The notes beneath the pieces were generated by a model. It was not told where the DNA came from and ran no database searches. It saw only the letters and a program-made list of their open reading frames with translations. A program made the translations under genes and the position numbers. A DNA stretch of 64,000 nucleotides from the NCBI GenBank assembly GCA_024239035.1, contig JANBVK010000001.1, positions 107,010 through 171,009 of the forward strand, read 5' to 3'. This DNA is from Patescibacteria group bacterium. GTDB taxonomy: Bacteria; Patescibacteriota; Minisyncoccia; UBA6257; GWB1-50-10. The first letter of the stretch is position 1, and every line of letters begins with the position of its first letter. Shown here piece after piece: positions 17,171-26,611 of this stretch.

Positions 17171-18959
17171 TCTTCAACAGTTCCCTAAACACATCCGGCG
17201 TAATCTTCGCTTGAGAACGCTCCTTTAAACGTTTCTTGCCCTTCTTCTGCTTCTGCCATAGTTTCATTTTCCTCGTCCTGTCCCCGCCGTAAAGATGACC
17301 GGTAACGTTCTTTTTTAAAGCCTGAATGTCCTCTCGCGCAATTATATTCGCCCCCACCGCTGCCTGAATCGGCTGTGCAAACTGCTGTCGCGGTAAAAGT
17401 TTCTTAAGACGCTTAATCATCTCCCGCCCTTCTTGTTCATAAGTGCTTTTAGGAAAAAACCGGCTAAGCCCCGGTACCAATATCCCAGAAATCAGCACAT
17501 CAACCCGCAGGACATCCGATTTTTTATAGCCGGCTAGCTCATAGCTAAAAGAGGCATACCCCTCTGTTGCAGACTTTAATTTATCATCAAAATCGCTTAT
17601 AAGTTCCGCTAAAGGCATATCCGCATCTAACTTAACCCTGTCCTGTAATGTTTCAGTCATAATATTACTCAACCGAAAAAGCTTCTGGAGCGGAAAAAGA
17701 CTATTAATGTGGTTTTCGGGAACAATTATCTCAATCCTCACCATCGGTTCCCAAATCTCATCAAAATTTTCGGGTAAATCTTCGGGTTTTATAATTTCAA
17801 TGTCAGTACCTTTAACTTTCACTCGATACACCACCGACGGAAACGTATTCATAATACTGATCCCGAACTCCCGCCTCAAACGTTCCGCAGTAATCTCAAA
17901 ATGGAGACGGCCTAAAAATCCAATTTTAAACCCCCTGCCCAGCACTTCATTTTGGTCAGGATCAACGGTCAAAGACGAATCATTAAGTTTAAGTTTTTGT
18001 AACCCGCGTTTTAAAAGTTCATGGTCATTGCTGTCTTCCGGATAAAAAGATACAAACACCACCGGCTTCGGCTCCTTATAACCCGTAAGGGGCTGATAAC
18101 TAGTCGCTGGTTGCTGGTTACTGGGGACTATAATAGTGTCCCCTATTTTAATCTTTTCCGGATCCTTGACGCCGGTTGCAATATAACCGATCTCCCCGGG
18201 CTTAATTTCGAGTACCGACTTTAGCTCGGGAATAAAATAACCCAATTCCTTAATCTTAGAACCAGTCTTAGTCGCCAAGAGGTATATGTTATCATCACTC
18301 TTAATTTTCCCGCTAAAAACTCTAACAGACGCAACGACACCCTTATGGTCGTCGTAGAAAGAATCAAAAATGAGAGCACGAGTGTGATTGCTTTCGTCTT
18401 TGGGTGACGGTATGCAGCGAACAACTCCTTCAAGTAATTCTTTAACGCCTTCTCCTGTCTTCCCCGAAACAAGAAAAATATCTTTCTGCGATACCCCTAG
18501 AAGTTGTGCAACCTCACGAACAGCTCTCTGTAGTCGATTGTCGCTGCGGTCCTCGAATAAGTCTATCTTACTTACCGCGCCGATAATTTTTAACCCTGCC
18601 GCTTTCGCTGCTCGAAAGTTCGCCAGAGTCTGCGCCTGAATCCCCTGCCCGGCATCAACGAGTAAAATCGCTCCCTCCACCGCTACAAGAGCCCGGGAAA
18701 CCTCGTAAGAGAAATCAGAATGGCCGGGAGTGTCAATAAGATTTAGGTCATAAGTTTCAGCTTTCAAGTTATAACTCATCCGCACGGGAGCCATCTTAAT
18801 CGTAATCCCCCGCTCCCGCTCAAGCTCAAGCTGATCCAAGTACTGCGCTTTCATCCGCCTCTCCGGAACCGTCCCCGTAATCTCTAAAAACCTATCCGCA
18901 AGCGTGGATTTACCGTGATCGATGTGAGCGATTATACAGAAATTCCTTATGTTCTTCAT
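17166..18959 (-). CDS. lepA: Translation elongation factor 4
   Basis: IRNFCIIAHIDHGKSTLADR, LERERGITIK, DTPGH, GFLGRLH and YGGDRTRKMKL. Confidence 0.98.
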   Translation of the reverse strand: MKNIRNFCIIAHIDHGKSTLADRFLEITGTVPERRMKAQYLDQLELERERGITIKMAPVRMSYNLKAETYDLNLIDTPGHSDFSYEVSRALVAVEGAILLVDAGQGIQAQTLANFRAAKAAGLKIIGAVSKIDLFEDRSDNRLQRAVREVAQLLGVSQKDIFLVSGKTGEGVKELLEGVVRCIPSPKDESNHTRALIFDSFYDDHKGVVASVRVFSGKIKSDDNIYLLATKTGSKIKELGYFIPELKSVLEIKPGEIGYIATGVKDPEKIKIGDTIIVPSNQQPATSYQPLTGYKEPKPVVFVSFYPEDSNDHELLKRGLQKLKLNDSSLTVDPDQNEVLGRGFKIGFLGRLHFEITAERLRREFGISIMNTFPSVVYRVKVKGTDIEIIKPEDLPENFDEIWEPMVRIEIIVPENHINSLFPLQKLFRLSNIMTETLQDRVKLDADMPLAELISDFDDKLKSATEGYASFSYELAGYKKSDVLRVDVLISGILVPGLSRFFPKSTYEQEGREMIKRLKKLLPRQQFAQPIQAAVGANIIAREDIQALKKNVTGHLYGGDRTRKMKLWQKQKKGKKRLKERSQAKITPDVFRELLKK

Positions 18960-19495
18960 AAATCGAATTCATGGACGGAAACATTGCCTATGTGAGGCGT
19001 TTTTTCTGAAAATAGATGGTGCGCAAGACGCACAATGCCACTGTGTGTCACAACAAGAATAATTTTATCGTGATAATCACGCTTTGATCCTTCTATAAAT
19101 TGAATTAGCCGCTGCTTGACGTCTTTCACTGATTCTCCTCCATACGGACGGAAGTCGTACTGTTGATTTCTACTAGCAATCTTATTAACCTTACCCTTTG
19201 TTTCCTGTTCTATCTCATCCCACGATTTTCCTGCAAGCGAACCAAACGAACGATCTTCTAAGTTCTTGTCTAACACTAAGGGCTTGTTAAAGCGCTGCTT
19301 GATAGCCTCCGCGGTTTGACTTGCCCGCTTGAGCGGAGAAGAAATAATGACGTCAAAATCACCGCTCAATTCTGCTGCAAGATCCTCTGCTTGCTTCATA
19401 CCTACCTCATTAAGCGGAGCATCTATGTCACTTCCCATAGGTTTTCCCTCTCTATTATAATCTGTCTCCCCGTGCCGAACAAAAATAAATTTCAT
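18956..19495 (-). CDS. Histidine phosphatase (phosphoglycerate mutase family)
   Basis: VRHGETDYN, SSPLKRA, GGES and VVTHSG. Confidence 0.92.
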   Translation of the reverse strand: MKFIFVRHGETDYNREGKPMGSDIDAPLNEVGMKQAEDLAAELSGDFDVIISSPLKRASQTAEAIKQRFNKPLVLDKNLEDRSFGSLAGKSWDEIEQETKGKVNKIASRNQQYDFRPYGGESVKDVKQRLIQFIEGSKRDYHDKIILVVTHSGIVRLAHHLFSEKTPHIGNVSVHEFDL

Positions 19496-19549
19496 AAATG
19501 AATTCTACACTATCTCCACCCAATAACACTAATTTTTCCCTCAACTTTT

Positions 19550-21337
19550 TTACACTACCTCCGCCTGATAACACTGCTCGCAATAAACTATCTCCTCCCT
19601 ATCTGGTGCGTATGACGTTTCAAACTCGTTGGGACACCTGCCTTCCAGGTGATGATTATGCTTCGTGGTGTTTTTGTACACCTTGTAATCACACACGCAT
19701 TGACGATGAAAAAGCTGAGGTCGATTTCTCCACGCAACTCTATCAAAGTGTCTACAATTGAAACAAAGCCGAGGTAACGGCAAATTCAGTTGGCGATAAA
19801 ATTGAAGTTCTTGGAAAGTAATACGAAAGGCCGTTGCACAATTTTCTCCACATTGCTCAGGATGATTATTATTTTCATCATGCTGGCATTGAATGACTTC
19901 TTTTAAGATGTCATCACCCAACTTTTGAATTTGATCGGGAAGTTCATCTGAGGTTTTAGTTATCGAATATGCCCTCTCTTTTGGTCTACGCCAGTTGTAA
20001 CCCTGCGCTTTTGCTTCTTTTTCCGTAAGCGGGAAATATTCATGTGCCTGTGTTTCACTGTATCCAAATGCACTCATATCTGGCGGGAAAAATTCACCGT
20101 ATTTATACACCCGTCCTTTTGCATCAACATAAGGCATTTTGTTCATATGTTTAATGATTTTCGGAACCATCGCTCTATAGTCTTCTTTCGAATATTGCCT
20201 ATTTAAAATGCAGTATTGCTTGCTCTTCAATGCTACACAGCCAAACAAATTGTTTGATTGACGACAATTTACTGTATAGCGAGATTCATTTGCCGCAAAT
20301 GATTCAGCTGTAAAAAATGTGTTATAGATACCGTGGCCGGTGGCAATAATATCATAGGTAAGCTCTGTACCTTCGGAAGATGTAACATCCATGCCGTCTT
20401 TATTTGGACCATAAATCACGCTTTGGCAATGAGCCATATTTTGAGCAGTGCCCACAAAAAAACAATTACGAAGCTCTGTTGCATTATAGAGATAATCACC
20501 AGTACAATTTTTTGCTTGTACGCTATGCTGATATTTGACGGGGTGTTTGAGCCATACTTCCATTGCTTGTCCTCGAGCACGCTCAATACCAGACCAAGAA
20601 TCAAGTCTCATTTCTGCAAGCTTTTTTTGATATTCCTCCTTGCCGTAAGATTCATTGAAAATATGATAGCTCTTATTTCGCAACCCTGAACAACCAAAAC
20701 AACTATCACATCCGACACAATCCTGACTGAACCATACGTCGTTACACGAAGTGCAGCTTCGTGAGAAGAAGGTTTTATACGAATCATTGGTGTTGATACA
20801 GTAGTAGCAAAGCTCACATCCTTTACAGTTGACCATATCTATACACTGCTTACTCCTCAGTAATGTGACACTGTAAGCGCTATCCTCTAGGTATCCTGCA
20901 TCAAAACACAAGTAGCAGTTTTTTGCCCATGCTGCGATACTGTAATCACTGTTTGTTTTTTCCATAGACCACATAGGAGCCCATGGAACTTTGTTAAACA
21001 AGTCCCTGATTTGTTCAAAGAATGGTTTTGAGAAATCATACTCCATTCCATAATCCATGGGGTCCCATGCATCACTCTCCCAGTATTCGTAATCATAAAC
21101 TGGCATTGGAGCATCGGGAGGAATTAAGGTAAATATTTTCTTTCCTGTGGCATCACAAGTACGTTCGTAAAGGTATCGCATGTTGCGAAAAGACATCCGA
21201 CGCATTGCTCGGCATTTCCAACAAAACGTCGGCACCGGCACTTTTATCTTCTCATAAAACGCAAAATCTTGAGCCTCAACCTCAAATGAGTTCTTACAGT
21301 TCTGACATAGTCGTTTTTCGGCTTGGAAATCAGACAT
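19550..21337 (-). CDS. Cys-rich Zn-ribbon/solenoid protein, paralog 1
   Basis: CQNC..CWKC N-terminal module, Cys-repeat core (CFGCSGLRNK, FGCVALK), YGEFFP, and VYCEQCYQAEVV end. Confidence 0.9.
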   Translation of the reverse strand: MSDFQAEKRLCQNCKNSFEVEAQDFAFYEKIKVPVPTFCWKCRAMRRMSFRNMRYLYERTCDATGKKIFTLIPPDAPMPVYDYEYWESDAWDPMDYGMEYDFSKPFFEQIRDLFNKVPWAPMWSMEKTNSDYSIAAWAKNCYLCFDAGYLEDSAYSVTLLRSKQCIDMVNCKGCELCYYCINTNDSYKTFFSRSCTSCNDVWFSQDCVGCDSCFGCSGLRNKSYHIFNESYGKEEYQKKLAEMRLDSWSGIERARGQAMEVWLKHPVKYQHSVQAKNCTGDYLYNATELRNCFFVGTAQNMAHCQSVIYGPNKDGMDVTSSEGTELTYDIIATGHGIYNTFFTAESFAANESRYTVNCRQSNNLFGCVALKSKQYCILNRQYSKEDYRAMVPKIIKHMNKMPYVDAKGRVYKYGEFFPPDMSAFGYSETQAHEYFPLTEKEAKAQGYNWRRPKERAYSITKTSDELPDQIQKLGDDILKEVIQCQHDENNNHPEQCGENCATAFRITFQELQFYRQLNLPLPRLCFNCRHFDRVAWRNRPQLFHRQCVCDYKVYKNTTKHNHHLEGRCPNEFETSYAPDREEIVYCEQCYQAEVV

Positions 21338-21461
21338 AGCGTGTTGAGGCGAAATCCTGAGGAAAACCGAAGGGCTCCGGTTCGATAGTGAACTTTTGTT
21401 TGCAATTCTGACATTTCGAAGACACTGAGCTTGTCGAATGTGGTTTCGTTTCGGAATTCAT
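21330..21461 (-). pseudogene. Orphan N-terminal fragment of the Cys-rich family (43 aa)
   Basis: Hand translation MNSETKPHSTSSVSSKCQNCKQKFTIEPEPFGFPQDFASTRYV* matches CQNCKNQFTIEPDDFA of paralog 2. Confidence 0.75.
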
Positions 21462-21502
21462 AAATTAATTACGTAATTAAATACGTATTTTAATACGTAA
21501 AT

Positions 21503-23290
21503 TCATACTACCTCCGCCTGATAACATTGTTCGCAGTAAACAATCTCCTTCCTCTCCGGAGCGTATGATGTCTCAAACTCGTTAGGGCATCTTCCTTCCA
21601 AGTGGTGGGAATGTTTTGTAGTGTTTTTGTATTTTGTAGCTTGCTCTGAGCCTGTCGAAGAGTCACACACGCACTGGCGGTGCCAAAGGTTTATAGGATT
21701 TCTTCTTCTGAAACGTGCATAATACCGGCAGTTGGGACATAGCCTAGGGAGAGGGATATTCATTTTTCTATAAAAATTGAGTTCATCAGAAACAATTCGG
21801 AAAGCCGTTACACACCTCTCTCCACATTTGCCCTGATGTGCACAACTAATAACTTCTTTCACAATACTGTCATCAACGTCTCTTATATGGTCAGGAAGTT
21901 GCTCTGCAGAGACAGTGATCTGATAAGAAGGTTTTTCGAGGTCACGCCAATTAAATCCTTGAGCAAGAGCGCGTTCTTTATCCAGCGGAAAGTAATCATA
22001 GGCCGGCGTTTCATTATAGGGGAAGGGAGACAGTTCTGTTGGAAAGAATTCTCCGTGAGCATATATCTTTCCCTTTTTATCTTTATATGACGCCTCGTTC
22101 AAGTGGTCTATAATTTGAAGAACAAGCTCCTCATATTTTTCTTTAGTATATTCTTTGTTTAAAATGCAATACTCCTTCTTGCGAAGTCCGATACACCCAA
22201 ATAAATCATGGCATCCGTTTTTACATATGTCACAATAGGTAATATTTCGCACTTCTGGCCAGGCATCCGAAGATAATTTCACATTGTAGGCATTCACGCC
22301 CATGGTGTTCACCTCATAGTTCAATTCCATCACGCAACACCCGTTGTTGATATCCATGGAATCCTTCGCTTTATTTACAAAAAGGCAATATCGGCAGTTT
22401 TCAAGTTCAGCCCCATTGAAACAGTGATAACAATCTTTAGAGTATGAAATCGTGTTTCCAACGACATTTGTTACGTTTTTAGTATAGGCATGTTTGTGCA
22501 ATGCTTTCTTTCTCATTGCTTCAAATTTAGCGGCATACGTTGAAAAATTCTTATACGAACCCGTATCAATGTCTTTCATTTTTTGCTTATAGTCCTCTTT
22601 GGTACATTGCTTATTTTCAAACACGTGAGACTTGTTCCAAATATTGCTGCTTAAAAAGCAATCTTGGGAACCCCTGGCATCGAAACAGAACGAAAGCCCC
22701 GTAGAACTCGCACAGTTTTCAACAAATATAAGTTGTGACACCTCGAGGCATTCGATACATTCATAACAATACTCTCCCCGGAGCACTATGAAACAATCAA
22801 CCAAGTTTTTAGAGTTCAAAATTCTGTAGCTATACATCGAGTCCTCGTTGTCCGAGCCTGAAAAAATGAGATAGCAATTTTTGCAATTTGCAATCTGGTT
22901 TGCGTATTCACAATTCACGCATTTATCAACTTGGAGCGCTACTCGAGGTACTTTATTCTGCAGCTCCTTAAATTGTGTAAAGAACGGTTTATTAAAATTG
23001 TATTCTCTTCCATATTGCGTTCCATCCCACTTATCTGAATACCAGCACTCTCGGCAATATACGGGGAAAGTCACATCCTGAGGATACATAGCAATAATAT
23101 CCTTGCGACAAAGGTCACATATTCGTTTATGAAGGCTTCTCTCATTTCGCCAAGAAAGTCTGCGTTGCAGCCGGCACGGAGGACACCACGTAGGCGCCGG
23201 CACTTTTATCTTCTCATAAAACGCAAAATCATCCGGTTCGATGGTAAACTGGTTTTTGCAGTTTTGACACTGTCTGGCCTCTTGTGTCAT
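21503..23290 (-). CDS. Cys-rich Zn-ribbon/solenoid protein, paralog 2
   Basis: Same architecture and C-terminus as paralog 1. Confidence 0.9.
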   Translation of the reverse strand: MTQEARQCQNCKNQFTIEPDDFAFYEKIKVPAPTWCPPCRLQRRLSWRNERSLHKRICDLCRKDIIAMYPQDVTFPVYCRECWYSDKWDGTQYGREYNFNKPFFTQFKELQNKVPRVALQVDKCVNCEYANQIANCKNCYLIFSGSDNEDSMYSYRILNSKNLVDCFIVLRGEYCYECIECLEVSQLIFVENCASSTGLSFCFDARGSQDCFLSSNIWNKSHVFENKQCTKEDYKQKMKDIDTGSYKNFSTYAAKFEAMRKKALHKHAYTKNVTNVVGNTISYSKDCYHCFNGAELENCRYCLFVNKAKDSMDINNGCCVMELNYEVNTMGVNAYNVKLSSDAWPEVRNITYCDICKNGCHDLFGCIGLRKKEYCILNKEYTKEKYEELVLQIIDHLNEASYKDKKGKIYAHGEFFPTELSPFPYNETPAYDYFPLDKERALAQGFNWRDLEKPSYQITVSAEQLPDHIRDVDDSIVKEVISCAHQGKCGERCVTAFRIVSDELNFYRKMNIPLPRLCPNCRYYARFRRRNPINLWHRQCVCDSSTGSEQATKYKNTTKHSHHLEGRCPNEFETSYAPERKEIVYCEQCYQAEVV

Positions 23291-23300
23291 GGGTTATAAA

Positions 23301-25403
23301 TCACTTCCTAAGCGTCAAATCCAATATCACCCTCGCGTCCGGATCTTCATCTTCATAAATGAATATTGGGCTATTTGACTCCGACCAAACATAACCTAAC
23401 GGCGCCCCGAGAGTTACCCTCAAATTGCTCTTTACACCTGATTGGCGTTCAAAGATAAACCGGAACCTCTTTCCTGAACTCACACGAACTTGGTTGCCGC
23501 TCGGCGTTTGGTAACGCAGGTTCAACGTGCGGGTCTTCCCGGCCGGCGTCGTAAACCACGTTGCAAAAACACTTTTCCCGTGCGCTTCCATACTCCAGGC
23601 ATCATAGCCGGCAATGAGCACTCTGGTCTCCTCAATCTCTTGAAGATCGGCATTTACAGCGTATCCCTCACCATCATAATCAGGCCTCCGAAAACTTTTA
23701 GTACTGTTTCCTTTCAAAGAGACTAGGGTGGAGGCGGGATTTGTAAATATTTGAATAAAATTCTGATTATCTTTACGCCACCAGGGATCTTCTTGTTTAT
23801 CCCCTTCGTGTTTCCGTTCAATTGTTAAATCAGTAAAAACACCGCCGTCAGTATCAATATCCAGTCTTACCTCCAGCCGCTGCCGAACAAAAGCATCACT
23901 TTTACCGCCGGCGATATTAGCATCCACCACTGCAAGATACGAGCCCCAAAAACTGCTGGGCAACGGATAAACAGCACCGTCAATATTCTTAGAATTTAAG
24001 AAAGCCGCTAGGTCACCTTCTTTCGCAAAAATCATAATGTCTTTTTTGGTAATATGCCTTTCTAACTCATCAATTAGAGACCTTTGTCCTTCTTCTCCCA
24101 TCTGATCTAACCTCTCAAGAATGAGAGGAGTTAGCACGCTCAATACTTTTTTCGGATTCTCTCCTTTTTTCTTATCCCGGCCCGTTTCAACCTCTTTCTG
24201 AATCTCAATCAAAAAGTTATCTCGGTCTACCACTAAATCATATTCCTCTATCGGGACCGGACCAATAATACCGAGAATGGTCTCCATCACATTAATGTTT
24301 AGGGCAATAACGCCCTTGAAAGTAACGTCCTGCTCTTTGTAAAGTTTAGAGTTCTCTAAAAACCCCGTCACTGTTCTGGCAGAAGTAGGAAAGTCAAAAA
24401 ACCAATTAGCGTCTCTCGCTCCCCAATCCTTAGTTACTAACTGGAGCGGATCGGGCGGAATCACTTTTAATTCAAGGTTAAGAGGATGATCCGGCCAATA
24501 AATATCCTGAACTTCCAGGTTGGTCATCTGACCCCGCTCTACCTGCAAATCTGCGTAACTGCCAATAAAACCGCCGCCAGGTCTGATTTCGGCCGGATTT
24601 TGAAATAAAAGAAGAATATGGATCTCGTCTTCCGAATCAATAAGAGCAAGGAGCCCACCCAAGAAGCTGTCCAGATTATGAAGATCGGAACTATATTTAA
24701 GGTATTGATCGCCAATCTGCCCCTCAACGTTTTCAAAGAAAGAAGAAATAGATTTAAGGTTGGCGGCTGTATTTCTTATTGATTCAATCTGGCCAGTGAC
24801 TCCCTGTATTGACCCACGGATACCTTCTAAACGGTCAACAAGAGCTTGGCCGTCATTTTGGAAGTAATAAAAACCGTTCCCTTTCAGATCATTTAATGCC
24901 TCGGAGAGTTCTAAAAAATTAAGATTCAGGGCACTAATCTGACTTAAAAAGGCACCTGCTTCTTTAAAGGCCGGCAAGATGCTGCCGACGACGCTAAAGA
25001 GCACTCGGTTTTGCGGTCTCTCTAAAATGGCATTCAAACTTGATAATTCTTCAGTATTTTCTTTTAGGGCCAAACCAGCTTCAGCGGGTTCAAAAGCTCT
25101 GAGCGCCCCAACTGAAAAGGTAAAATTACTTACAATCTTATCTCCCTTCTCCACAATAAGCGCTTTTACTTCTTTGAGATTGAACGCAAGAAGAGTACCC
25201 ATAAGAATAAAAACCACCACTACTAAAGCTGTCCCCCATCTCAAAAATTTTTTATAAAATCCAAATCGGGCAGGTTCCTCTTGGAGCACATGAGTTAGAT
25301 TCAACTTAACAAACCTAACCGGCTGTTTATAATTGATACCTGGTTTTCTTATATCAACTAAAACCGGATCAATATTTTTAGCGGGTACAATTCGTTTTTT
25401 CAT
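23301..25403 (-). CDS. DUF4012-domain membrane-anchored protein
   Basis: LLLFQNPAEIRPGGGFIGSY, RDANWFFDFPTSA, DANIAGGKSD and ERQSG. Confidence 0.85.
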   Translation of the reverse strand: MKKRIVPAKNIDPVLVDIRKPGINYKQPVRFVKLNLTHVLQEEPARFGFYKKFLRWGTALVVVVFILMGTLLAFNLKEVKALIVEKGDKIVSNFTFSVGALRAFEPAEAGLALKENTEELSSLNAILERPQNRVLFSVVGSILPAFKEAGAFLSQISALNLNFLELSEALNDLKGNGFYYFQNDGQALVDRLEGIRGSIQGVTGQIESIRNTAANLKSISSFFENVEGQIGDQYLKYSSDLHNLDSFLGGLLALIDSEDEIHILLLFQNPAEIRPGGGFIGSYADLQVERGQMTNLEVQDIYWPDHPLNLELKVIPPDPLQLVTKDWGARDANWFFDFPTSARTVTGFLENSKLYKEQDVTFKGVIALNINVMETILGIIGPVPIEEYDLVVDRDNFLIEIQKEVETGRDKKKGENPKKVLSVLTPLILERLDQMGEEGQRSLIDELERHITKKDIMIFAKEGDLAAFLNSKNIDGAVYPLPSSFWGSYLAVVDANIAGGKSDAFVRQRLEVRLDIDTDGGVFTDLTIERKHEGDKQEDPWWRKDNQNFIQIFTNPASTLVSLKGNSTKSFRRPDYDGEGYAVNADLQEIEETRVLIAGYDAWSMEAHGKSVFATWFTTPAGKTRTLNLRYQTPSGNQVRVSSGKRFRFIFERQSGVKSNLRVTLGAPLGYVWSESNSPIFIYEDEDPDARVILDLTLRK

Positions 25404-25421
25404 GAATATGCTGCGTTTTTA

Positions 25422-26519
25422 TTAAACCGCAAAACCGTTCTCGGAGACAATATGGCGTATGTTCTCCTTAAACTGAACTTTAGAAAACCGCTCCGCCCGC
25501 TTGCTAATATAAGAACGGTCAAATGACGTTCGCTCAAAATCTTGAACTGCATTCATTAATGTCTGAACGGACTGCTCTCCGAAAAGCAGCCCGGTTTTCC
25601 CGTGCTCAACAATTTCCCTTCCGCCGCCCTCGTTATATGCGATAACCGGCAGACCGCAGGCCTGTGCCTCAGCCGCCACCAACCCGAAATCTTCAATCTG
25701 CGGGAATACTAATGCTTTAGCATTACTGTACATTCGCCGTAACTCACTATCGCTCAAAAAAGGAATAAATTCCACATATTGAGAGTCGGCAAGTTTTTGA
25801 AGTTTGCTCATCTCCGGACCAACCCCAACAATCTTCAATGGTTTTTTTAAACGGTTGAACGCCTTAATCCCTAAATCAAATCCCTTGTAATAAAGCAAAC
25901 GACCCGCCATTAAAAAATATTCTTTCCCGGAAGTAATGGGTTCCGGATAAAAAGTCTCCGTATCAACCGGAGGGTAGACGACGCGTGCCTCCCTGCCGTA
26001 ACACGACTGGACTTTCCCGGCGATAAACTCGGAATTAGCAATAAAGAAATCAACTTTCTGCGCGGCTCTCTTATCCCACGCACGCAGTAAGCGGGCAATA
26101 GGACGAAGGATGCCTTTTGTAAGAGGCCATGGGGAAAAGGGTAAATTCTTCAGATAATCTATCTCCCACGCGTAACGGAGCGGGCTGTGACAATAACTTA
26201 TGTGATATGGGGCGTGTATAGAAATACCTTTGGCGTATCCGGCAGTAGACGAAATAACGAGGTCGTATTTCTCGGGACTCCGTAGTAATCTCGCTGCAAA
26301 GGGCATTAGAGGTATAAAAGCACGATGGCGCCCCCTCACAAAAAAACTATCAAGAATGCTCGTTTTTCTTATGTTTTTCCTGAAAAACCCAAACGTCTTT
26401 TTCTCATCATAAAGGAGAGTATAAAGATCGGCTTTGGGGAAAATTTCAAGGAGAGTCATCAAAACCCTCTCCGCCCCTCCAAATTGGTTCAAATAATCAT
26501 GAAGAATAGCAACACGCAT
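25422..26519 (-). CDS. Glycosyltransferase family 4
   Basis: HDYLNQFGGAERVL, YCHSPLRY and EDFGLVAAEAQACG. Confidence 0.93.
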   Translation of the reverse strand: MRVAILHDYLNQFGGAERVLMTLLEIFPKADLYTLLYDEKKTFGFFRKNIRKTSILDSFFVRGRHRAFIPLMPFAARLLRSPEKYDLVISSTAGYAKGISIHAPYHISYCHSPLRYAWEIDYLKNLPFSPWPLTKGILRPIARLLRAWDKRAAQKVDFFIANSEFIAGKVQSCYGREARVVYPPVDTETFYPEPITSGKEYFLMAGRLLYYKGFDLGIKAFNRLKKPLKIVGVGPEMSKLQKLADSQYVEFIPFLSDSELRRMYSNAKALVFPQIEDFGLVAAEAQACGLPVIAYNEGGGREIVEHGKTGLLFGEQSVQTLMNAVQDFERTSFDRSYISKRAERFSKVQFKENIRHIVSENGFAV

Positions 26520-26611
26520 CCCCTCATTTTATAACTTTTTCCTGCCTTGCGCCATAAATTTACCGGAGAAAACCAACCACCAAAAAGATTTTTCTGTTTC
26601 TGAAGAAAACC

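Noticed and set aside
19550-23290. Diversity-generating retroelement (similar 3' ends as TR/VR)
   Set aside because: No reverse transcriptase is in the window, all copies are coding, and the differences are mostly synonymous and not adenine-specific.
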